A stretch of 64,000 bases of DNA from an uncultured Planctomycetota bacterium (GCA_963849325.1 CAWKHF010000009.1:384001-448000), one strand, 5' to 3'; numbered from the stretch's first letter, positions 55,004 to 64,000 are shown. Numbers and translations: made by a program. The notes: a model not told the origin generated them from the letters alone.

Positions 55004-56398
55004 ATGGGCACCCTCTCGACTTTCGGAGCACCGCCGCGCCCCACGCGGGTACGTTTCGGCGTGCTGGGCTTCGCGTGCAGCCTGTCGCTGCTGACCTACC
55101 TCGACCGCATTTGCGTCATGCGGGCCAAGGAGAACATGCAGCACGATCTCGGCTTCAGTAACGTCGAGATGGGCTGGATCTTCTCGGCGTTCACCCTGGG
55201 GTACATGCTCTTCGAGGTGCCGGGCGGCTGGATGGGCGACATCTGGGGTCCACGGCGCGTCATCGCGCGCATCGTCGTGTGCTGGTCGCTGTTCACCGCC
55301 CTGACCGGCTGCGTCTGGAGCTTTTCGCTCGGCAGTGGTTCGCTGGTGCTCAACAGCCTGGCGGCGCTGCTGCTGATCCGTTTCCTGTTCGGCGTCGGCG
55401 AGGCGGGGGCCTACCCTAACCTGACGCGCGTCGTGGGCCACTGGTTCCCCTTCCACGAACGCGCCTTCGCCCAGGGTGCGATCTGGATGTGTGCTCGCCT
55501 TGGCGGCGCCTTCGCCCCGTTCTTCATCGGCCGATTATCGGCGGCGCTGGGTTGGCGGCAAGCCTTCTGGGTGCTCGGCGCGGCCGGCGTGTGCTGGTGT
55601 ACTGTCTTCTGGTGGTGGTTCCGTGACCGACCCGACGAGAAACCTGAGTGCAACGAGGCCGAGCGCGATCTCATCCAGGGTGACGCCCTGGATCGGGGAG
55701 AGTGCCGGGAGAACTCGCCGTCTCCCGACGAGTCGGGACATGCCTGGCCGCCGTGGCGCCGCCTGGTGTTCAGTCTCACGATCTGGTCGTTCTGTGCCGC
55801 TTCTTGTTTCGTCTGCTTCGGCTGGTATTTCTATCCCACCTGGCAGCCGCAGTACCTCCAGGACGTTTACGGCATTAGCTACGAGGGTTCGGAGTTGCTG
55901 ACGGGGGCGCCGTTCCTGTGCGGCGCGGTCGGTTCGCTGTTGGGCGGACGACTGTCCGATTCCCTGGTGCGGCGAACGGGCAATCGACGCTGGGGGCGTA
56001 GTGTGCTGGGCGTGGTCGGCTTCACCGCGGCGGGGCTGTGCGTACTTGGCACCGGCTTCACGACCACGGCCTGGCAAGCGGTCACTTTGCTTTGCCTGGC
56101 GTTCCTGGTCAACGATCTGGCCATCCCGGTCATCTGGGCTGCCTGTGCCGACGTCGGTGGTCGCTACGCCGGCACCGTGGCCGGCATCATGAACATGGCC
56201 GGCGGCGTCGGCGCCATCCTCAGCCCGATCCTGATTCCGCCCGTCTTCGCCCGTCTTCCGGCCGCGTACAGTCCCGCCGAGCGTTGGCGGATCATCTTCG
56301 CCGGCCTGGCCGTCTCCTGGTTCCTCGGCGCCCTGTCCTGGGTCTTCATCGACGCCAGCAAACCACTCTTCCCGGAAGAGTCCGCGGCTCCCAAATGA
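55004..56398 (+). CDS. MFS transporter (ACS / glucarate-galactarate-like)
   Basis: 'TYLDR', 'EVPGGWMGDIWGPRR', 'RFLFGVGEAG', 'WFP..ER'. Confidence 0.9.
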   Translation: MGTLSTFGAPPRPTRVRFGVLGFACSLSLLTYLDRICVMRAKENMQHDLGFSNVEMGWIFSAFTLGYMLFEVPGGWMGDIWGPRRVIARIVVCWSLFTALTGCVWSFSLGSGSLVLNSLAALLLIRFLFGVGEAGAYPNLTRVVGHWFPFHERAFAQGAIWMCARLGGAFAPFFIGRLSAALGWRQAFWVLGAAGVCWCTVFWWWFRDRPDEKPECNEAERDLIQGDALDRGECRENSPSPDESGHAWPPWRRLVFSLTIWSFCAASCFVCFGWYFYPTWQPQYLQDVYGISYEGSELLTGAPFLCGAVGSLLGGRLSDSLVRRTGNRRWGRSVLGVVGFTAAGLCVLGTGFTTTAWQAVTLLCLAFLVNDLAIPVIWAACADVGGRYAGTVAGIMNMAGGVGAILSPILIPPVFARLPAAYSPAERWRIIFAGLAVSWFLGALSWVFIDASKPLFPEESAAPK

Positions 56399-56449
56399 AA
56401 CCCTCCCCTCCGATCCATTGTTGCTCGCAATTCGTACTACTAACTGCGG

Positions 56450-58318
56450 ATGGCAGAGAATGGACCACGGACTACGAACGTGCTGGGACCTATTTTCAAT
56501 CGAGAATTCCTGACAGTGCCACGCCGCTGGCGTCACTACGTTACGCGGGTGGCCTACCTGGGTGCGCTGTGGATCATCGGCGTGACGGCCTGGCTGGCGA
56601 CAGGCGGCTGGCTGCGGCCGGCGACGCTCGGCGACACGGCGCGGTTCGGCCCGCTGCTGTTTCAGGTTCTCACCTTCGTCGAGCTGGCCCTGTTGCTGTT
56701 TTTCTCCGCCCTGTCCGCCGCCAGCGCCGTCGCCCTGGAGAAGGATCGTCGCACGTTCCTCTTGCTCCTGTTGACCGACCTACGCAACAGCGAGATTGTG
56801 CTCGGCAAACTGCTGGGCAGCGTGCTGCCGATCGGCCTGCTACTGGCGGCGACGGTGCCGCTGCTCATGCTGTTGCTGCTGCTGGGCGGCATCGATCCGC
56901 GTCAGGTTCTGCAAGCCCTCGTGATCGTGGCGGCGGCGGCGTTGGCGGCCGGTTCCCTGGGAGGGCTGGTCGCCCTGTGGCGCGACCGCACCTTCCAATC
57001 GCTGGCGCTGACGGTGCTGTTGCTGGTCCTCTACCTCTGCCTGGTGCGCGGCCTATCCGTGCTGCCGGCCTGGAGCGACCGGTTTTCCGCGGCGGACGTG
57101 CAGCGCTGGCAGGAGTGGCTCGATCCGTTCCTGGCCCTTCGTAGCGTGCAGGATCCGACGGCGCTGCTCGAGCCGGGATTGTCTCCGGCATACGGTTTCG
57201 CCCTGGTCATGGTTTTGCTCAGCGCTGTGCTCAACGGTTGGGGCTTGCTGCGTCTGCGTGTCTGGAACCCCAGCGGCGAGCCGATCATGCAGCGCGAGCA
57301 GCCCGAGGACGTCGATGACCGGGACCATGCGCCGGCCGGCGACTCGAAGACGCGGGCCAGCGTCCACGCCGCTCCCGGTGTGCTGCGCCCGGTCGGGCCG
57401 AACCCGATCCTGTGGCGCGAGATGGCCACGCGGGCCTACGGTCGTCGGCCGCTGCTGGTCAAGACGGCTTATTTCGTGGTGCTGGCCTTCATCTGCTGGT
57501 ACGCGCTGACGCCCTTGATCGTGCAGCGAGAACATTTGCCGTTCGTGGCCGCCTATGGCCTGATCCCGGTGGGTGTGCTCAGCCTGCTGCTGGTGTCGGC
57601 GCAGGCGGCCACGGCCATCACCTCGGAGCGCGACACGGGAGCGCTGGACCTGCTCCTGGTCACGGACCTGACGCCCAGGGAGTTCATCTTCGGCAAGCTG
57701 GGCGGCATCGCCTACAACACGAAGGAGTATCTGCTGCCGCCGCTGTTGCTGGCGGGGGTGTACGCCTTCCACGGCTGCCTGGCCACGCCGCCGTCGGGCC
57801 ATCCGGAGATGCGCGGCTCAATGAATGCCCTGTCGTTGTTGTGTGTGGCCGGCTCGGGTCTGGTGTTGTTGGCCTTCGCGATGGTGCTGGGCATTCACGT
57901 GGCCCTGCGCACGCCCAACAGCCGCCTCGCCATTCTCAACACGCTGAGCACGATCTTCTTTTTGACGGTGGGCACGCTGGTGTGCATCGCCTTGATCCTC
58001 ATCAACGGCCGATTCGAATATCAATGGGGCAGTTTCGTCTTTTTCCTGGTGGCGGGCGTGGGCGGCTTGTGGTGGGTGCTGTCGGGCGATCGGCCGTCAG
58101 CGGCACTGACGTGGGCGAGTTGGTTCTGTCCTCTGAGCGTGCTGTACACGGTGATGAACCTGCTCGTCGCCAAGCCCGGCTCGATGGAGTCGGCCGACCC
58201 GCTCATCCCGTTCGGCGTGATTGTCGGCGCCTTCGGCTTCACGGTGGCGGCCATGCTGGTGCCGCTGGTCAGCGAGTTCGACGTCGCCATGGGCCGTACC
58301 TCCAGCGGGGCCGACTGA
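56450..58318 (+). CDS. ABC-2-type transporter permease (duplicated permease modules)
   Basis: 'GPIFNRE', 'EKDRRT..LLLLTDL..IVLGK', 'NPILWRE', 'ERDTGALDLLLVT'. Confidence 0.85.
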   Translation: MAENGPRTTNVLGPIFNREFLTVPRRWRHYVTRVAYLGALWIIGVTAWLATGGWLRPATLGDTARFGPLLFQVLTFVELALLLFFSALSAASAVALEKDRRTFLLLLLTDLRNSEIVLGKLLGSVLPIGLLLAATVPLLMLLLLLGGIDPRQVLQALVIVAAAALAAGSLGGLVALWRDRTFQSLALTVLLLVLYLCLVRGLSVLPAWSDRFSAADVQRWQEWLDPFLALRSVQDPTALLEPGLSPAYGFALVMVLLSAVLNGWGLLRLRVWNPSGEPIMQREQPEDVDDRDHAPAGDSKTRASVHAAPGVLRPVGPNPILWREMATRAYGRRPLLVKTAYFVVLAFICWYALTPLIVQREHLPFVAAYGLIPVGVLSLLLVSAQAATAITSERDTGALDLLLVTDLTPREFIFGKLGGIAYNTKEYLLPPLLLAGVYAFHGCLATPPSGHPEMRGSMNALSLLCVAGSGLVLLAFAMVLGIHVALRTPNSRLAILNTLSTIFFLTVGTLVCIALILINGRFEYQWGSFVFFLVAGVGGLWWVLSGDRPSAALTWASWFCPLSVLYTVMNLLVAKPGSMESADPLIPFGVIVGAFGFTVAAMLVPLVSEFDVAMGRTSSGAD

Positions 58319-58336
58319 AGGGCTCTGATTTTGCCC

Positions 58337-58367
58337 TTGTCAGCCGACGCGGGATTTGCCATATATT
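58337..58367 (+). promoter_or_regulatory. Candidate sigma70-type promoter of the tRNA gene
   Basis: TTGTCA..TATATT immediately upstream of the tRNA; spacing is long (19 nt). Confidence 0.4.
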
Positions 58368-58381
58368 CGGAGTGGCACAAC

Positions 58382-58419
<38 letters not shown>

Positions 58420-58614
58420 GAAGACCAAATGACTCCAAGTCAGCAATGACGCACCCGCCGATAAACTCACAAAACGGCTAGAAATACGAGAAAAATAGCA
58501 AGATTTTGCAAATCGACCTACAGAAAAACATGCACGCTTGTTGATGCGTGTGTCAAAAATGTGTCTTTTTCGCCCGTACTTAACGAAAAAGGCATCCATG
58601 CCCTTTTCATAAGA

Positions 58615-59802
58615 TCAGACCTCCGGTATCAGCTTCTCGGCAAACTCAGCAAACTTCTTGCCGCTGTCGATCTTGTCCATGTCGAGGTAGTACCGCCGCG
58701 CCGTCTGCGCGTCCATGCCCAGCATCCTCGCCGCTACCTCAGCCGAAATACCCTCCGCGAATAGCAGCGTGATCGCCCGCTTCCGCAGCATGTGCGACTT
58801 GAGCTTCTTCCCGGTCGTCTTCTGGAAAAGACGAAACAGGCTCCGCACGAACGTAGCGAGCGCTTTCGGCGAAAACACCGTCAACAGCCGACCGACCCGT
58901 CTGCCTTGTGCCTCCCGGCATTGCCGGTACTGCTCAGGAAATCGCTCCCACAGGTACTCTGTGCCCTTCAACTCGTCGAGGGCGCGGTACAGCTTGGGAG
59001 GCAACTCAACGCGGCGAAAGTCGCGTGCCTTGAGTTGCTCTGGGTCAAGATGAATGGCCCCGTTCCGAAGCTGGTCGCTGCGCACCGAGCACAAGTCCAT
59101 CAAGCGACAGCCCAGTAGGCACTTGGTCTGGAGGTACAGGATCGGCATCTCCCAGTTCGGGTAACGGTCCTTCACGAACTGGAAGAATTGAAGCAGCACA
59201 TCCTCATCTGGGGCTTCAGGACGCTTCCGGTCCACCTTGGCGTAAGCCACCGCCAGCCACGGGTTGTCCTTCACCATCTTGAGTTCCTTGAGCCATTTGC
59301 TCCAGATGGCCCGCGTCTGCCGCAGATAGGTGTTGAAACTCTGCGTGCTCCGTCTGTAGACCTTGGCGTCTGCGGCCTTGCCACGCTTGAAGCTGCCGCT
59401 CAGGTACTCGTCCTTGAAACGCTGGGCCTCATACGGCCCGATGTCCAGCGGCCCGGTCGTGTCTGGCAAGACGGTTTGGACCACGCGGATCGTCGAGGCG
59501 TAGTTGGCGTAGCTGATCGGGCGATTGCCATTCGCCGTCATGGCCGATTGCAATTTTTGGAGCATCTCGTCCCACGAGATGTGGACGGGCCTCTGGAACT
59601 GCATCGGACAGTAGACGCGCTCGACGATCTTGGCCGCTTCGTTGCGGGCTTCGCCCTGCTCACGCATCCCAGTGCTGATCCGCTCGTAGTCACCCTTCGG
59701 CCCGTAGAAGCGGACGAAGTAAAACTTGCCGCGCTTCGAGAGGGTATAGCCGACCTTTCCGTGGTCAGGGATCTCGAAGAACTCCTTGAACCGCCTACCC
59801 AT
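58615..59802 (-). CDS. Tyrosine recombinase/integrase
   Basis: Arm-binding N-terminus 'ISTG', catalytic 'GCR..DL', 'HMLRK', 'LGM', 'RRYY'. Confidence 0.9.
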   Translation of the reverse strand: MGRRFKEFFEIPDHGKVGYTLSKRGKFYFVRFYGPKGDYERISTGMREQGEARNEAAKIVERVYCPMQFQRPVHISWDEMLQKLQSAMTANGNRPISYANYASTIRVVQTVLPDTTGPLDIGPYEAQRFKDEYLSGSFKRGKAADAKVYRRSTQSFNTYLRQTRAIWSKWLKELKMVKDNPWLAVAYAKVDRKRPEAPDEDVLLQFFQFVKDRYPNWEMPILYLQTKCLLGCRLMDLCSVRSDQLRNGAIHLDPEQLKARDFRRVELPPKLYRALDELKGTEYLWERFPEQYRQCREAQGRRVGRLLTVFSPKALATFVRSLFRLFQKTTGKKLKSHMLRKRAITLLFAEGISAEVAARMLGMDAQTARRYYLDMDKIDSGKKFAEFAEKLIPEV

Positions 59803-59887
59803 AGGGTCGCCCCTTTCAACAGGGGACGGGTCGGCTAGAATGCAAGTGCCAAGAGCATCTGGGGCCGACACGCCCCGGTGTTTCTGC

Positions 59888-59928
59888 CCCGCAGCACCGC
59901 GCCAACGGTGCTGCGGGTTTTCTTTCTT
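59888..59928 (+). terminator. Rho-independent terminator
   Basis: 12-bp stem CCCGCAGCACCG/CGGTGCTGCGGG followed by TTTTCTTTCTT. Confidence 0.75.
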
Positions 59929-59980
59929 GCCGGGGACCGTCCCCAGCACCGCTGCATCGTAACCTGAACGCGAAGCCGCG

Positions 59981-60009
59981 TTCAAGGATAGTTGTGCCAC
60001 AATTATTCT
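59981..60009 (+). promoter_or_regulatory. Promoter TTCAAG-N17-TATTCT with palindrome TTGTG-C-CACAA in the spacer
   Basis: 17-nt spacing; 20 nt upstream of the ATG at 60030. Confidence 0.55.
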
Positions 60010-60029
60010 GAATGGTTTAGGAAGAGGGC

Positions 60030-60215
60030 ATGGGTCGGAAGAAGCTGCCGCCCGGTGTGGGCCGCGAGAACACGCTCCGCATTCGCCTGACGGTGGCCGA
60101 GCGTGCCGTTGTGGATCGAGCCGCTCGCCAGAGAGGGTTCCGCAGCACGTCCGCATGGGCGCGGCAAGAGTTGCTTCGGCTGGCCCGTCGCGCTGGTGCT
60201 GGAGAAGGTTCTTGA
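60030..60215 (+). CDS. Small ribbon-helix-helix-like DNA-binding protein
   Basis: 'MGR..P..RENTLRIRLT.AER..DRAA..STSAWAR..LL'. Confidence 0.75.
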   Translation: MGRKKLPPGVGRENTLRIRLTVAERAVVDRAARQRGFRSTSAWARQELLRLARRAGAGEGS

Positions 60216-60384
60216 GACCGCGATGGCGGTGCTGATGGAAAAGCGAGACGTGCATAGCACAACCCTCTGAACGTACCTTCTACGGCTCAGCCGCGTGGAG
60301 GCGGTCCCAAGCGGGTTGTGTAACTCCTAGATTATTTGGTGTTCTTGGAAAAGGAAAGAGGCTTGGTCGAGGAAAGACTATCCG

Positions 60385-61116
60385 TCACAAGAACGTGACG
60401 TGAGGCAAGGTCTTGTGACTTCCCTGTCGCCTGCTGTTGTCCTGCCCTGCCAGCTTACATATTTCACTCGGCGAACCGGCATGACGAAAAGCCTGCTGGA
60501 TGGCAACGTATCCCCGTCCGATTTGTTCCCACTTATCCCGGTTCCATTCTGCGGTCAAGCTGCACGTCATACCGTCTGCCATCGACTTTCTGTGGTCGGG
60601 CGCGAAGTACCTCACGAGGTACTGGTGTCCCCTGTCCGAAAGGGCATAGGCCCAAGCGCCGTCACCCTCGTTGTCGCCCTGAACGACGTACTCGTTGACT
60701 TGTCTTCGGTGTCGGAACGTCTCGTCGAGGATCGTCTGAGGGTGATTAACCCCAAGGTGGATGATCGCCCAGTCGGGAGGCACGTTCGTCATGACGCCCG
60801 CGAGGATCTCATTGGCGTTGGCGTTGACAAGGATGTCGTCTTCAAGCAGAAGGACTGACTTGTAACCCGAGGTCAGGCAATGCTTCCAGCAATTGTAGTG
60901 GGTCAGGCCGTTGCCGAGGTCGCCGCGATGCCTCATTTTGGGATAGTGAGCAAGTTCCTCAATGGCGAAGTCACCACCGTCAACGCCGAAGAACAACGAG
61001 ACATCCATATTGAGCTTCTTGACCTCTTCTCTGATATGCCGATGCCTCGACAAAAAGGAAGAGGCTGTGAGGACATAGGCGGCGTCAAAGTACGCATTGA
61101 GGCTGTTCGATTTCAT
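60385..61116 (-). CDS. GT25-family glycosyltransferase (prophage cargo)
   Basis: 'FFGVDG', 'THYNCW', 'LLLEDD', 'DWAIIHLG', 'AYALS..G'. Confidence 0.75.
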   Translation of the reverse strand: MKSNSLNAYFDAAYVLTASSFLSRHRHIREEVKKLNMDVSLFFGVDGGDFAIEELAHYPKMRHRGDLGNGLTHYNCWKHCLTSGYKSVLLLEDDILVNANANEILAGVMTNVPPDWAIIHLGVNHPQTILDETFRHRRQVNEYVVQGDNEGDGAWAYALSDRGHQYLVRYFAPDHRKSMADGMTCSLTAEWNRDKWEQIGRGYVAIQQAFRHAGSPSEICKLAGQDNSRRQGSHKTLPHVTFL

Positions 61117-61205
61117 GGAGTAGATACGCCTCACTTCGCGTCTTTCTCTTCCTTCCTCTTGCCCGCCGCTCGCTCTTCTCCATCCTGAACTTGCTGGGAA
61201 CTGGC

Positions 61206-61541
61206 TCAGCAAGAGGCCAATTGAGCCGCCGCGTTCATCAGGTTCATGTAGTACACTTCGGCGAGCGCCATAGCCGTGCCGAACGGGACCAGATCACGCT
61301 CGTTCCAAAGACCGTTAAATGTGTCCACATACAGAACCCGATTCACCCCGCGCGTCCGTCTGGATGTGACGGCCCTGATCGACTTGATCATCACCTTCTC
61401 CAGCACGCCACGGCGCGCCTTCTGGACGTTGTAAACGGTGTCGCCGATGCCGAACGTCGTGACCGATGGATGCAGCATCCCGACAACGATGCAGCCTGCT
61501 GCTGTTGAGCCACCGCTACCTACTTCGTCATAAATCATCAT
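61206..61541 (-). CDS. Phage hypothetical protein
   Basis: GAGG RBS; tightly packed operon; 'FGIGDTVY' motif. Confidence 0.7.
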   Translation of the reverse strand: MMIYDEVGSGGSTAAGCIVVGMLHPSVTTFGIGDTVYNVQKARRGVLEKVMIKSIRAVTSRRTRGVNRVLYVDTFNGLWNERDLVPFGTAMALAEVYYMNLMNAAAQLASC

Positions 61542-61552
61542 TTACCTCACAT

Positions 61553-63142
61553 TCAAGGCTGGGTCACTGGAAGACTTTGCAGGTGACTGAGTTTCCGAGC
61601 CGCTCTCCTTTGAATCCATGCCGCTGTTCCGTTGAGTTGTGCCCGATACTCCTCAATGGACAGTAGGTACTGCTCCGCTACATAGCGTCCGCTTTTGAGG
61701 TAATAGTAGACGAAGGTGTTGAAGTAGTAGATGGCCATCACTTGATCGCGGATATACCGTAGTTGTGTGAACGACTGCACAAATACCACATCGTCGATGC
61801 TGAAGCGGTGATAGGTCAAGCGAGTCTGGTTCGTGTAGTCGATAGACTGGTCGGCAGAGCCGCCGCAGGACGAACCGCTGTTTGGAGACGGGCTGAATAC
61901 GAACTTGGTTGCTGCTGTGCCGCTGCCCATCGCGCCACTAGTCGTAGGCACAAGGTAGTCATCGACGATGGCGGCAATGCCAGCAGCGAGAATGCCGCCT
62001 GTTCCCTGCTGGCCGAAGATCACCGTGTTGGGAGCCGAACCAGAAACATCTACTCCCGCCGAGGACACGATCTGGTTCGCAATCATCGTGTCCGTCGCGG
62101 AGCCAGCCGCCCAATCACCGGCAGTGATGATGGTCTGGTTTTCGACCTCGCTGTAAGTTGCCGAGCCAGCAGCAAGGAGGCCAGTGGTGGCGAGGTTAAG
62201 GTTGTAGCTGGCTGTACTCGTCGTGGTTCCAGTCATCCAGACGCCAGCCTGAGCAGGTGATTGGCTGAAAACTGCCCCGTAACTCGCAGATCCAGCATCG
62301 AGAATGCCAGCCGACACGATACTTGAGTTGTGGATCGTCTGGATCATAGCCGCAGAGCCAGCCAAGATCTCACCACTCATCACTTCGTTGTAAACGCTGG
62401 GAAGAAGACCCGCTATTCTCTTCGTCTGGTTCAGCAACCGTGGATAACCAAGTCTGCTGTTCACATATAGGTCGTAGACCTCGACGGCAGTGAGCGCACG
62501 ATTGTAAATCCGCACGTCGTCCTGCCAACCAGTGTAAGGATCAGCTCCAGTAGCATTAAGTCGCTGTCCGAAGGCGATTCTGCTCGTCACAGAGGCACTG
62601 GTGCCCGTTACCGACGCCTGCGAGACACCATTGATATAGATGCTCGCGGTCGTACCATCATACGTCCCAGTGACCAAGGCCCAAGTGTTGAGCGGAATGG
62701 CAGTAGGTGAGGTAATAGCCGAGCCACCATTGTAGAGGTATTCCGGTTGTCCTGAATTGAAATTCAGACGCAACTCATCGCCAGTAGAACCGCGTGAGAT
62801 AAACATGGGAAAGACGCCATAAGCATTGATGTTCACCCAACAGGAATAGGTGCGAGGCTGCGTGGCCGAGGTAAACGCAAGCGACGGCGAGGACGGCACA
62901 GCAACATAACCCGTGGAACCGGAGTAATACATCGCCCCTTGACCCTCTGCTCGGGTCGTACCCGTCCAGCCCTGTCCGCTGCCCATGTTGGTGAGCGTAC
63001 CGTGGTTGAGGCCCATGAGGTCGTACCACATGGGACCACCATCCAGTCCGGGCAACACCATCCACCATCCCACCAGCCCTCGTGCAAGCGAGTGGTTCAG
63101 GTTCACAGGTTCAGGCAGATAGACACGAGACGGCAGGGACAT
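61553..63142 (-). CDS. LamG/concanavalin-like domain phage structural protein with ~21-aa repeats
   Basis: 'GLVGWW', 'TYSCWV', 'W.LVTGTYDG..IYING', 'DDVRIYNRAL..EV'. Confidence 0.82.
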   Translation of the reverse strand: MSLPSRVYLPEPVNLNHSLARGLVGWWMVLPGLDGGPMWYDLMGLNHGTLTNMGSGQGWTGTTRAEGQGAMYYSGSTGYVAVPSSPSLAFTSATQPRTYSCWVNINAYGVFPMFISRGSTGDELRLNFNSGQPEYLYNGGSAITSPTAIPLNTWALVTGTYDGTTASIYINGVSQASVTGTSASVTSRIAFGQRLNATGADPYTGWQDDVRIYNRALTAVEVYDLYVNSRLGYPRLLNQTKRIAGLLPSVYNEVMSGEILAGSAAMIQTIHNSSIVSAGILDAGSASYGAVFSQSPAQAGVWMTGTTTSTASYNLNLATTGLLAAGSATYSEVENQTIITAGDWAAGSATDTMIANQIVSSAGVDVSGSAPNTVIFGQQGTGGILAAGIAAIVDDYLVPTTSGAMGSGTAATKFVFSPSPNSGSSCGGSADQSIDYTNQTRLTYHRFSIDDVVFVQSFTQLRYIRDQVMAIYYFNTFVYYYLKSGRYVAEQYLLSIEEYRAQLNGTAAWIQRRAARKLSHLQSLPVTQP

Positions 63143-63639
63143 TAGACTCCAACATCAGTTGCAGGAACCAGACTGAGGGTCGAGCCAGTCGGAATGGTCT
63201 GACCTGAGCTATTGTTCTTGGCGAGTACCTTGAACGGGCAGGCGGGCAGGAAGCAGGCCACCGTGACCTTGTTGTCGGCGGCAGCGGTCGAGGTCGAGTT
63301 GAGCGGCAGAACGGCGTCAGGACGACGTGCAGGCAAGACACTGGACGAGCCGCCCTCGAAGGTGGTCCCGCCGTCCATGCTCTTGAGGAAGTACACGTCG
63401 ATAGACGTATTGGCGCTTGGTGCAGAAGCAAATGCCCCGCCCGGTACGAAGGTGACGTAACCACGCTCGTAGCCGTCGCCCGTGGTGCTGCTGGAACCAG
63501 AGCCAGCCGTGTTGTTGTAGACGCCAGTGCCGCCGAGTGCGGAGCCGACGACGCTGGAGTTGTTGGCCAAGCCGCCGAGTTCCGTGCTGGCAAGAATGGT
63601 CGCTGAAGTGCCGAGGACTTCTTTAATCGTTGTGCTCAT
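63142..63639 (-). CDS. Phage hypothetical (probable virion) protein
   Basis: AGGAGG RBS; 1-nt overlap with the LamG gene; beta-rich S/T/G composition. Confidence 0.75.
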   Translation of the reverse strand: MSTTIKEVLGTSATILASTELGGLANNSSVVGSALGGTGVYNNTAGSGSSSTTGDGYERGYVTFVPGGAFASAPSANTSIDVYFLKSMDGGTTFEGGSSSVLPARRPDAVLPLNSTSTAAADNKVTVACFLPACPFKVLAKNNSSGQTIPTGSTLSLVPATDVGV

Positions 63640-63647
63640 TTACCTCC

Positions 63648-64000
63648 TTAATGAACGCCACGCAGGGCGAAAGAAACGTCGCTGTTCGAGATGACCGTCC
63701 CGGCCCCGAATAAGAACTCGGCCCTGCTGCCTGTCTTCTGAGTCACGGCATTGATCTCTGCTTGGGTGATGAGGCCGTCCGATACACCTTGAGCGAGCAA
63801 TGCTTGGACGTTGCTGGTGCTCAAGTCCACGGCGGTTGCGCCATTGATGATGTTGAGGATGTCGCGCCACTGTTGCTGCTTGGTGGTGGATAGTGTGGAC
63901 AGGTTGGTGTAGATCGCTGGCGCGAAGCCGAGAACGAACTCGTCCTTGGTGAGTGAGGTCAGACCCACCGTGGCCGCACCGGAGCCGGTCGTGGCGTTCA
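63648..64000 (-). CDS. Phage hypothetical protein (5' end outside the window)
   Basis: Open frame to the window edge; same operon. Confidence 0.65.
   Translation of the reverse strand, partial: NATTGSGAATVGLTSLTKDEFVLGFAPAIYTNLSTLSTTKQQQWRDILNIINGATAVDLSTSNVQALLAQGVSDGLITQAEINAVTQKTGSRAEFLFGAGTVISNSDVSFALRGVH

Noticed and set aside
58420-58614. Intron in tRNA-Lys
   Set aside because: No 3' exon or T-loop in the window, no group I core recognised, and an integrase is adjacent
59803-60255. 546-aa integrase with an N-terminal extension
   Set aside because: The extension overlaps the divergent RHH gene and regulatory hairpins. An RBS supports the ATG at 59802.
60285-60330. Twister-ribozyme-like words (GTGGAGG, GGTCCCAAGC, TAACTCC)
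   Set aside because: The order fits no circular permutation of twister, and the P4 stem cannot form
61553-64000. Diversity-generating retroelement target
   Set aside because: No TR/VR repeat pair or reverse transcriptase visible in the window

Overview
GC-rich chromosomal window, very likely from a Planctomycetota (Gemmataceae-like) bacterium, judged by DUF1559, a 'LEALEDRTVP' extracellular motif, an ECF sigma/Ser-Thr kinase pair, DUF1573 and many palindromic REP-like elements. Positions 1-58,320 are mostly host genes: secD-yajC-tgt, an Hsp70 paralog, heptosyltransferase-maf, gatB, truA-aroA, skp-lpxC-oxidoreductase, two hybrid kinases, an MFS transporter and an ABC permease. Many genes, including essential ones, carry 1-2 nt frameshifts that are best read as long-read assembly errors. 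Main points of interest: (1) a clear c-di-AMP (ydaO/yuaA) riboswitch ahead of a flotillin/SPFH gene, followed by a DUF2321 protein fused to a degenerate nuclease domain; (2) a lower-GC cassette encoding an ECF sigma with a (PQ)13 microsatellite linker, DUF1573, a membrane-anchored exported protein, an 8-Cys secreted protein and a PIG-V-like GT-C; (3) from ~58,420 a prophage-like element inserted exactly after the anticodon loop of tRNA-Lys(CTT) without restoring the 3' half, carrying a tyrosine integrase, a candidate sRNA, an RHH regulator, a GT25 glycosyltransferase and LamG structural genes; (4) repeats that have entered coding sequence; (5) a small orphan with an SSB-like DDIPF tail. All family calls come from motif recognition by eye, not database searches.
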